The notes below the pieces were generated by a model. It did not search any database, was not told the DNA's origin, and saw only the letters and a program-made list of their open reading frames with translations. A DNA stretch of 63,108 bases, the filler included, from Octopus bimaculoides (lineage: Eukaryota): assembly GCF_001194135.2 (NCBI RefSeq). It is 4 parts of 3 records of this genome, joined end to end, with 100 filler letters (N's around TTAATTAATTAA, not from the genome) between each part and the next. Parts side by side here need not be neighbours in the genome. Positions count along the whole stretch, not along the records: positions 29,144 to 55,865 come from NC_068988.1; 3 more parts are not named here. The stretch is one strand, 5' to 3'. Made by a program: the position numbers and the translations under genes. Within the stretch, counting starts at the first letter, position 1. Every line of letters starts with the position of its first letter. Of this stretch, positions 38,090 through 48,475 are shown one piece after another.

Positions 38090-39105
38090 GTATTTATCTG
38101 AGTGTTGGGTCCTTTGAGCATTTGGATAAAATGCAGATATCAAGTCGACACAGAGTGCCTCCATGTTGGTCTTTGGCATGTTCGTAGAGTATGGAGGACT
38201 GTTTTTTGTCATCATATTGTCTCAAATGTCCATTTAATCTCTCTGCAATGCTTTTAGATGTCTCACCAATGTATGTCCTGTTCTTGTCTTTACAAGCACC
38301 CTTTATGCACCTTATGCTGTAGACTACATTTCTAGTTTCACAGTTAATGCCATGGTTAATCTTACATATCATGCAGTTTTCATTGGTGCATGTGGTATTA
38401 TCAAAGGGCACGTCCTACATAGTTGTGATCTGATGGAGCTCCTTAGCTTTTCAACGACCTTAATGTTGAGTTTGGTCTCCTTGAGAGCTTTCCTAAATCT
38501 TTGGGCTAGTTCTCCATGGATTGTGGCCTCTACAAACATCATTCTTTGATATTTGTCAGCCTTGTACCATGTGTTTACCTTGTTTGCTTTGTCACAAACT
38601 CTTTCTATTTTATTCTTTCTATATCTAGAGTAGGTGCTACTGGCTTCATTACATATAGTGTTATCTAACTCCTTTCTGGCTCCCCTGTATACCTGAACTC
38701 TATCTTTCTGGTGATATTCAGAAAATTGCATGAGGTAGTGGGGATGCATTGTTCATTATCCTAAGTCTGCTATCAGCATGTTGATTTTCATGTTGTGTGA
38801 CAAAGCTGAGTTCTTGTGAACAACATATTTAGAACCTATGGGCTTCATGTAATAGGAGTGGGGGAGCTGCACTCTGTTGTTCACAGTCTCTAATCAAAAT
38901 TCAGTACCAAGGACAGGGAGTCTACTGTTAGGGAGGCTAGTGGGGTAATCTGTAGTTACCTTAATACTTTGGTGAATAGAGTTAGCTATGTGCTGGATGC
39001 TCTACAATATGCTCCTCTTGGTTTCCACGCCACAGTTACTAGAGTTTGTCCTAACAAGAATAGTAATGTCAACTGCATATCTACAGTAAAGCAAAAGAAT
39101 TGTGG
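38090..39105 (-). mobile_element. Penelope-like element remnant (RT C-terminus, Cys-rich linker, GIY-YIG endonuclease)
   Basis: Degenerate RT motif LYCRYAVD (39068-39082), YYMKP, CTNENCMIC, VVYSIRC..YIGETSKSIAERLNGH. Confidence 0.88.
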
Positions 39106-39119
39106 ATTGTTCAGTTAAG

Positions 39120-40017
39120 GAGCTCTTTTAATTGCAGCACAAGATCAGAGCCTTCACACCAGAAGTGACCAAAAATACATAATGAAAAAGAAATACCAGT
39201 AACTGCAGAATATGTAGTGATGGAGAAGAAACAATAAATCGTATTGTCTCTGGGTGCCCAGTCCAGGCTAGGAAAGAATATATTCACAGACATGACTGAG
39301 TTGGGACCTATATACACTGGAAATTATGCTAGCATTATGAAATGACAACAGAAAAAGATGGTATAGGCATACCCCATCAAGGATCACAGAAAATGAGAAA
39401 GCCACCATACTCTGGGATATGCCAGTACACACATATAGAGAAATGAAAACTAATAGACCAGATATAGTAATCAGAGATCACCAAGAAAAAAGATGCCTTC
39501 TAATCGATGTATACCAACAGATGACAACATTTCTCTAAAACCAACAGATGACAACATTTCTCTAAAACCAACAGATGGCAACATTTCTCTAAAACCAACA
39601 GATGACAACATTCCTCTACCAACAGATGACAACATTTCTCTAAAATACCAACAGATGACAACATTTCTCTAAAAGAAACAGTGAAACTTTCAAAATGCAA
39701 AGATCTGGAAATAGAGGTAACTCAAATGTACACCCTAAAAACAGGAACAATTTTTATGATAGTAGGTGCATTAGGTATGATAAAAAAAACATTCAGACAA
39801 ATACATAACCAAAACACCAGGACTTACAAGTGTATATAACATACAAAAAATATCACTGCTAGGCATCACACACATCCTACATAATGCACTTTCAATACAG
39901 GGAAAATAAGAACTCCACAACAAACCAAAGCACATACTCAAGACAAACGGAGCTGTGCTCGGTAGTGCAATGAAAGCACATAATAAAAATGACAACATAA
40001 TAATAATAATAATAATA

Positions 40018-40066
<49 letters not shown>
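39120..40066 (+). mobile_element. R4/Dong-type LINE 3' fragment (CCHC knuckle plus restriction-like endonuclease) with (TAA)n tail
   Basis: AAQDQSL, CRICSDGEETINRIVSGC, ILWDMPV, NRPDIV..LLIDV, IVGALG; (AAT)n 39997-40066. Confidence 0.88.
39514..39674 (+). repeat. Six tandem copies of ~27-bp CCAACAGATGACAACATTTCTCTAAAA
   Basis: Direct reading; lies inside the endonuclease region. Confidence 0.95.
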
Positions 40067-40067
<1 letters not shown>

Positions 40068-40338
40068 CAATTCCTATCATAGTAGGTGCCTTAGGTATAA
40101 TTAAAAAAAATATTCAGACAAATACATAACAAAAACACCAGGACTTACAAATATATATAACATACAGAAAATTGCACTACTGGGCACTGCACATATCCTA
40201 CGCAAAACACTTTTAATACAGTAACCATAAGAGCATCACAGCAAACCACAGCACATACCCAAGGCATACAGAGCTGCGCTCGGTAGTGAAGTGAAAGCAC
40301 GTTATAAAAATAAAACTACTGAACAATAATAATAATAA
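40067..40338 (+). mobile_element. Second, shorter Dong-type 3' fragment with its own (AAT)n tail
   Basis: Repeats IVGALG..TPGL..IQKIALLGTAHILRK and the 3' UTR of the preceding copy, diverged. Confidence 0.88.
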
Positions 40339-40790
40339 TATAAATAAATGTAAAATGCAAAAAATTAAATCAAGGTGTTTAAGAAGTTAACAATGGTTCT
40401 AATATCTCCCAGATTTATATGTTTTTAAACTGCTGCCTCAATAGAGATACATAGATAAAAGTTTCCAGGTCACGATGCCAGACTTTCACTGATAAACTGT
40501 AATATTCTAGAAAGTCTATTGTCTAATTCTGACATCTTGAAGAACTGAGACACTCAATAATTGCTTTGTCGGCATTGTTAGCAATCTTCAGTGAACAATA
40601 TCAATTTATAGTGATTATATCTTCTTTGATTAGTCTTTTACTCTTTTTACTCTTCAACATAAACTGTTTCAAATTATATTACATTCTATTCTATTCTTAT
40701 TGCAAATTATCATTTTCATTATTATTGTTGTTGTTGTTGTTGCTATTTTCATTGTTGCTGCTGTGGTTATATTATTTTTAACTTGTTGTT

Positions 40791-40831
<41 letters not shown>

Positions 40832-41024
40832 TGTCATTATTATTGTTATTTTAGTTTTTTTTTTTTTACTCAGTACAAAATTATAATTCAATTTTTTGTA
40901 CATTAGGTTTTTGAGAAATGTTTAAAGCTTTTAGAGATAATGAAGTTATATTGCTTTCTACGTGATGGTGAGGAGAAGGAAGAGGATGGAAATGAAAGGA
41001 AGGAAATGGAGGATTAAGATGACA

Positions 41025-41064
<40 letters not shown>

Positions 41065-41559
41065 CGATGATGATGATGACAATGATGACAATGATGGTTG
41101 CAACCATAATGATGATGGTGATAATGATGGTGATGAGGTAGAGGAGGAGGATAATGATGATCATAATGATAATGACAACAATGATGATGATAATTATGAT
41201 GATGATGATGGTGATGATGATGATGATGATGATTCCATTTTGGGTAAGTCTAGATAGTTTAGGTGTATATACACAAGCTATTATGTCTTGGTGCTATGTT
41301 GAACCTGATTTTAATTCTTAAATGGTATAATTTCATTTTGTGAATCAAGGTTTTTAGAGAATCTACCAAAGTTCCATATCATATTCCTCTCTTCTCTCTT
41401 ATCATTCACTAACTTTAATGTAGATTAACTAAATATCATATACGAGCAAATGTATATGTGTGAATTTGTCTGCTTGTATTCATATTTGCTTACATATTTA
41501 TATTCATATTATTTTACATACACATATCACCGTCACCATCAATATTATGTCTGTTTTTG

Positions 41560-42040
41560 AACCAGCTTCCTTATTGCTTTACATTGTCACCTTTTCTGAG
41601 AAGTTCAGCTTCTTGAGATCAGTCATCACTACTTTGTCCCATTCTTCCTAAGTTTTTCTTTCATGTGTTCCTTGCACAGAGATTGTTTGGAAATTCGTTA
41701 TACAAGTGCTATATGCATGAAATTTCCATACCTGCACAGCCTTGAATACAACAGCAGTATACAACATCATCAACTTCCTCTTCTGACTATTCTCCATCTC
41801 AGCTTATTTGTGCTGCTTCAATCATGATCACTAACATTACACTTCTAGCAGTGCAGAATATGCTTGCTTCATTTCATTCCATCCTCATGTATCTTCCACA
41901 TACACTCACTAAATTTTGCTCCCATACACTTCATGTTCGGTACTCTACCAATTCTACACTCCACTGCTTTTGGAAGCTTCTATGTGCTCACTTAAATAGC
42001 AAGAAATGGAAGTAATTTCTCCCTCAAATCTCATGCTACT
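41560..42040 (-). mobile_element. Old RTE-type LINE 3' coding remnant
   Basis: Minus-strand WDKVVMTDLKKLNF parallels WDEVAKHDLQTLGL of the 29-31 kb RTE. Confidence 0.5.
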
Positions 42041-42431
42041 GTCTGGATAATAGAAAAGATACACTGGAGAATGTAGTCTTCGCTATACTCCTGAATTTTA
42101 GGGAAGGCCACGGTGGAAACATCTTTGAAAATGACAGAACGTGAAATATTAAGCAATAATAATAAATCAGAAAACATAAAAATAAACAAGCTTTTGATGG
42201 TTTTATAGAAGGTGTAATCTCATCTTTTATGGTCTTAATCTTTTAAAACTATATTTCTATTAGTCTACAAAAGTATGCCAGAGTACTAAACTTACTAATA
42301 TACAATGAATTAAAGAATGACACTAACAACAATTAGTTTCTTTTTTTCTGTTTTTTTTGTTGCACCTTTTTCAAGATGTTATTGATTTGGTCATATATAA
42401 CTAAAATGAAAAGGAAATTACAATTACTGCA

Positions 42432-43142
42432 ATGTTGCAGCATGGTCACAACCCAGTTTCAATGTTCCCAAATGGTCACAACTCACTGAGAATAGACGAA
42501 AATGGACACAACCTATAGAGAATGTGATCAAATCTCAGTAGCAATAACCTAGTATGGCCATAAACAACCCTTTAGGAATGGTCCAGAATGGCCACAAGCA
42601 AGTAACAGTACCGCAGTATGACCACAACTCAGAAGCAATGCTTCAGTGCAATCACAACCTGATAGCAGTACCTCAGTATGGCCACAGACCAGAGGCAATA
42701 TTCCTGTTTGGCTACAATTCAGTAGCAACACACTAGTATGACCATGATCCTGTAGCAGTGTCCTGGTATGGCTACAACCAAGAAACCCAGTATGGCCACA
42801 GCCCATTGACAATGTCCCAGTATGGCCACAGCCCATTGACAATGTCCCAGTATGGCCACAGCCCATTGACAATGTCCCAGTATGGCCACAGCCCATTGAC
42901 AATGTCCCAGTATGGCCACAGCCCATTGACAATGTCCCAGTATGGCCACAGCCCATTGACAATGTCCCAGTATGGCCACAGCCCATTGACAATGTCCCAG
43001 TATGGCCACAGCCCATTGACAATGTCCCAGTATAACCACAACCTAATGAAAGTGCTACAATCCACTAGTAATGCCTTACAGATAATGCCCTAGTATGGTA
43101 CAACCCATATAACAATGCCTTAATATGGCTATAACCCAGTGT
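42432..43142 (+). repeat. 30-bp minisatellite (about 24 units); 8 perfect units at 42791-43030; reads as decapeptide [M/V]xQYGH[N/S]Pxx
   Basis: Perfect TATGGCCACAGCCCATTGACAATGTCCCAG x8 flanked by degenerate in-register units; several stops and frameshifts. Confidence 0.93.
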
Positions 43143-43168
43143 ATGAAAACAGTTAAAGAGTAAAAATA

Positions 43169-44424
43169 CAGAGTTTGGACAAAATAATGGAAACACCTAG
43201 CATCATAATTTCGAAATATCTATAAAACTGATAAAAGCTTTTATGTTTTTTGTTTTATTCTTAGTGTTGCCTAATATGTTTTGCTAAAATTGTTGTTTCT
43301 TTTCAGATATCATCAGAAAAAGGTAATTAAAATTCATTAAAATGATAGATCTATCAGACTTTCAAAGAGGTCAAATTGTTGGTGCTTGTATGGCAGGTGC
43401 TAGTGTAATGAAAACAGCTGAAATGTTTGATGTATCAAGAAGTACTGTCTTGAAAGTAATGATAGCCTTTGAGAAAGAAGGAAAAACCTCCTCGTCAAAA
43501 CAAAACTCTGGAAAAAAACCAAGACTTTCAGATAGGGACTGTCAGACTCTTATGCGAATTGTTAGAAAGGATCACAAAAGCACAGTTCCCAAAATTACTG
43601 CAGAGCTTAATGACCACCTTGAAAATCCAGTTTCCACAAAAACTGTTCGCTGGGAGCTGCACAAAGCTGGATTTCATGGGAGGGCTGCAATTAGAAAACC
43701 CCTACTTTCAAAAACAAACATTGCAAAGCATTTAGAGTGGAGTAAAAACCTATAGAATTGGCCCCTAGAGCAGCGGAAGAATGTTATATTTTTGGATGAG
43801 TCATCCTTTACCTTATTTCCGACCACCAACTGAGTACATGCATGGAGACAGCCAAAAGAAGGATTTGACCCAGACTGTTTTCTTCCAACCTTTAAACAAT
43901 GAGGAGGATCTGTGATGATGTGGGGTATTATCTTGAAAATCCACCAGCCCAATACTTTCCCTTCATGGCAGAATTAATAGTCAAGACTATTTAAGCATTT
44001 TTTCTGATCAAATTCATCCTATGGTTGCGGAACTGTTTCCAGAGGGAAATGCAATCTTTCAGGATGATAATGCACCAATTCACACAGCTAAAGTTGTTAC
44101 TGAATGGCACAAGGAATATGCTAGGGAAGTTGAACATCTTATCTGGTCACCACAGTCCCCAGATCTCAATATTATTGAACATTTATGGTGCATTTTAGAA
44201 AAAACAAGTAAGGAGTTGATATCCTCCACCATCATCACTACAAGACCTGGAGACTGTTTTAGCTAAAGAATGGACAAAAATTCCTTTGGAAACAATTCAA
44301 ACTTTGTACGAGTTCATACCTCATAGAATTCAAGCTGTAATTACTGCCAAAGGCAGTCCTAACCTATATTACAATAAATTTGTTTGAATTTTTAAGGTGT
44401 TTCCATTATTTTATCCAACCCCTG
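43169..44424 (+). mobile_element. Complete-length Tc1-family DNA transposon, 1256 bp, DD36E
   Basis: 30-bp TIRs CAGAGTTTGGACAAAATAATGGAAACACCT / AGGTGTTTCCATTATTTTATCCAACCCCTG; TA TSD at 43167-43168 and 44425-44426. Confidence 0.95.
43342..44370 (+). pseudogene. Tc1 transposase pseudogene
   Basis: HTH MIDLSDFQRGQIVG..GRAAIRKPLLS; D of LDESSF (43795), FQDDNAPIH (D 44066), SPDLNIIE (E 44177); 36 residues between D and E; stops and frameshifts. Confidence 0.92.
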
Positions 44425-44469
44425 TATATCGACTAGCATAGTCACATGATACCTCATGTGGTCAACACA

Positions 44470-46843
44470 GATTCAGAAGACATTCTATAAAGAAATAAAT
44501 AGAGAGTGTACAGATGAAAAGTTGATACCAGATAACATTGAAAGTCAAAGGTTTTGGAGTGATATCTGGAGCAAAGACAAGGAGCACAAGAAGGATGTTG
44601 AATGGTTGCAGGAACTGAAACAAACAGTAGTCTGTCCAAAACAGGCAGAACTAATCATTTCAGTTAGGGAAGTGAAGGAAATCAGCAAAAAAAAAAAAAA
44701 AGAGCATCTGGAAGGCCCCAGGACCAGATGGAGTTCAAGGCTATTGGATAAAAAGTTTTGGTGAATGTCATGCACAAATAGCTGCGCAACTCAACACTTT
44801 GTTAAATGCTGACCAAGGAACACCAGAGTGGTTGACATTGAGTAGGACAGTGCTGCGCCTGAAAAACATCTAAAAAGGCAATATGGTAGACAATTACAGG
44901 CTGATATCCTGTTTGCCACTTATGTGGAAGTTATTGACTGGAATACATGCAGAGTCAATGTATGAACATCTGGAAAAAATGGAGTCCTGCCACATGAACA
45001 GAAGGGTTGCAAGCATAAGTGCAGAGGTACCAAGGATCAACTCCTGATGGACAAAACTATACTTAGAGATTGCAAGAGGAAGAAAAGTAACTTAGTTATG
45101 TCATGGATCGACTATTGTAAGGTGTATTGCATTGAATGTTGAGCGATTGCTTGGAAAAAGTATGGCAAATTGGAGGATGGACCTGACAGTATATGGAAGA
45201 AGTTTAGAAATTAGAAATTAGGAGGCGCATCTTCCAAGGGGACTACCTGTCCCCACTGATCTTTGTACTGTGCTTGACACCTCTAACACTGATTCTGAGG
45301 AAAGCAAAAGCTGGGTATGTATTCAAAAGCCGCCAGCAAAAAGTCAACCATTTGTTATTCATGGATGACCACAAACTTTATGCTAATATCAGAATGGAGT
45401 TTAGACTGAGAAAGTGTGGTCTGTTAGTCTTGAAGAGAGGCAAAAATCAAATGTATGGACGGGCTAACGATACCATTTGGGGAGGTTAAGAAGCAGATAC
45501 AAGAGACGGGCTATAAGCACTTGGGGATACTGGAAATGGATGAATTGATGGAGAAAGAAATGAGAGAAAAATTTAAGGTGGAGTACTTGTGCAGACTGAG
45601 ACTGATCCTTAAGTTGGAATTAAATGGACAGAATAAGATCGAAGCTATCAACACCTGGGCAGTTTCACTCCTTAGATATGGAGCAGGGGTAAGCACATGG
45701 ACAGTAGCCGAACTAAACAGCTTAGACAGAAAGACAAGGAAGCTGCTAACTAGATATGGGTCACTCCACCCAAAAAGTGACACAGACAGACTGTATGCAC
45801 CAAGAAAAAGAGGAGGAAGAGGACTTATTGGATGAGAACACAGCATTAGAGGTAAAGAAAACAACATAACATGGTATATAAAAAATGCCACAGAACTGCT
45901 ATTATTAGAAAAAGGAAGGTCACGCTTGTGTAGGATGAAAGATTGCAAAGATAAAGCACTATGCAAGAAATTGAAAATGAATGAAACTGAAAATAGGTGG
46001 GTAAAGAAAAGAAAACATGATCAATTTCATAGGGATGTTGAAGATAAGACGGACAGAGAAAAAAAGATGACTGTGGATGGCTAAAAGTGATTTAAAACTG
46101 GAAACGGTGGCTCTAGTCTGTGCTGCCCAAGAGCAAGCACTAAGAACAAACTACATAAAATACAGAATAGAGAACACAGCAGAAAGTGATAAGTGCAGAA
46201 TCTGTGGACAAAACAGTGAAACCGTATGGCATATTACCAGCCAATGTATGCCACTAGCCCAGAAGGAATATAAGAGATGCCACAACAATATAGTCAGGCT
46301 TGTCCATCGAACACTCTGCAACAAGTATGGACTTGATAGAGCAAAAAATTGGTACGACCATAAACCTGAAGGTATCGTCGAAAATAGAAATGCAAAGATC
46401 CTATGGGATTTTATGTCTCAGTGTGACCATGAGATAGAGAATAGGAAGCTAGACATAGTCTTAATTGAGAAAGAAAACAAATTATGCTGGATCATAGATA
46501 TAGCATGCCCAGCTGACAACAAGGTATGCAATAAGGAAGAAAGAAAAGTTGAGAGATATGACAGGTTAGCTTGGGAAGTTAAGCAGCTGTGATCTATGAA
46601 AAAGGCAGCAGTAGTACCAATAATTGTCGGAGCCCTGGGAACAGTGAGCAAAAATTTCGAGAAGTACATGGAACAGATAGGGGCTGCAATAAGTGTGGAG
46701 CACTTGCAGAAAACAGTACTGCTTGGAACTGTTTGAAAACTCAGGAAGGTGCTCGAAAAATAAGAGGTGTTACCTTAGTTCATTGGTAGTGAACAGCTGA
46801 CACTGTAGTACATCTCCAGCATTAGAAGCTGTGCAAAGGCAAC

Positions 46844-46844
<1 letters not shown>
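44470..46844 (+). mobile_element. R4/Dong-type (RLE) non-LTR retrotransposon, 5'-truncated and decayed, ending in (TAA)n
   Basis: [77 protein letters not shown]; (AAT)n from 46845. Confidence 0.92.
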
Positions 46845-46913
<69 letters not shown>

Positions 46914-46934
46914 GTGATAATGATAATAATAATA

Positions 46935-47149
46935 ACCCTTTCTACTAAAGGCACAAGGTCTGAAATTTTAGGAGAGGGGAGTAGTCGATTACATTGACCC
47001 CAAAGTTTCACTGGTGCTTATTTTATCAACCCTGAAAGGATAAAAGGCAAAGTCGGCCCGGCAGAATTTAAACTCTGAACATAAAGAAAGATGAAATATT
47101 GCCAAGCATTTTGCATGGTATGGTAACGATTCTGCCAGCTCACCACCTT
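46935..47149 (-). mobile_element. SINE family B, tail merges with the (AAT)n array
   Basis: Reverse complement of the 7852-8066 type. Confidence 0.82.
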
Positions 47150-48475
47150 AAATAAGAATAATAATGATAATTGGCTTTCACGGCTTCTGATCTTAACTGA
47201 TTGGAAGTGTTATCATGTACATGTCTTGTCTTGACTTGGTATAAAAGATGGGCTATGGCAAATATTCTGCTCAGTACCACAGAATTGCTTGTCAGTTGTT
47301 TGACTTTAACCAGTTGAGCATGCCCCTGGCTGGCTGACAATATGTGCATCTCTGAGCAAAAGTAGTTGGGGAGCTTCATAGCCATGTGTTGAGAGGAATT
47401 CTTTAGGATTTCAATAATTCACGTCTGGAAGCATGGGTGTTCCATTCATCATCCTTAAAAACCCTTATTCAAGAACCTTTTGAGTGGAACGGGCTACTTG
47501 AACCAAAGAAAATTCTAATTGGGCCCCATCTACAAGGTCATGTGCTGTTTATCTTGATGTTGATGGTGGTGGTGAGATGACGATGATGATGACAATGATG
47601 ATGATACAATGGAGAGGGGAAGAATGAAAGAGGAAGGGCAAAAGGGAGATGACATGTGGTTGGGAAGGTTGTCAGAGTGTGATGTAGATGTAGTCAAATG
47701 GTGGTGGAGGAGAGTTTATTTGGTGACTCAGGAGGGTGATTAATGTAAAATGTGATGGGGATTACAGTATTAAGAGTGAAAGATAGATAAGAGATAAATG
47801 GTTCAAGGTAGTAAGAGGAGTAATTGGTATCAAAGAAAAGCTGAAACATGAAGATCTGTGTCCATTTAATTACAATATCTGTGTGTGTGTGTGTGTGTGT
47901 GTATTGTTGGACTTTCCAATGATGGCTTAGCTGGCCAAAACTTTGAAGTCACTGTCAATACTATTCTTGTTAAAGAGTAATAGATAAATACATATGCTTA
48001 TATATAAGTGTGTGTGTGTATATATAAGCAACATGCCTATTTAATCCTTAACCCCTGCATGGTTTTAAACATGGAAAAAATATGGAAAAATTGCATAAAT
48101 CTTTGGAAAAGCTGACATAGTGAAGCTAGATCTAGGTCTGTTAAATATGACTTCTTTTACTATACTACAAAAAGAAACTGTTTATTCACAAAACTCAAAA
48201 ATGTATATACTAAAACCCTTTTTCTATACAAAAGACTCAAAACAACATGTGACTCCTTAATTTTCCTTGATACCTTCCATTCTTTTCAGTGTTTATATAA
48301 ATTATATATGTCAAACTCACCCTAAGAATTTAATTTCTGCTGAACTATATGAAAAAATGTTCTGTGAAAATGTATCTTTATGTTTTCATTTTTCATACGT
48401 ATAAACACATAGAATAAAATTATTCTCGGCTTTTGTTAAAAAGTTAAACTTGTTTTTATTACAGAACATATATAT

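Noticed and set aside
42791-43030. CRISPR-like regular repeats (also 39514-39674 and 56802-56885)
   Set aside because: Head-to-tail units without unique spacers, eukaryotic context, no cas genes.
48050-48470. TTAACCC start suggesting a piggyBac end
   Set aside because: No matching right terminus or transposase found.
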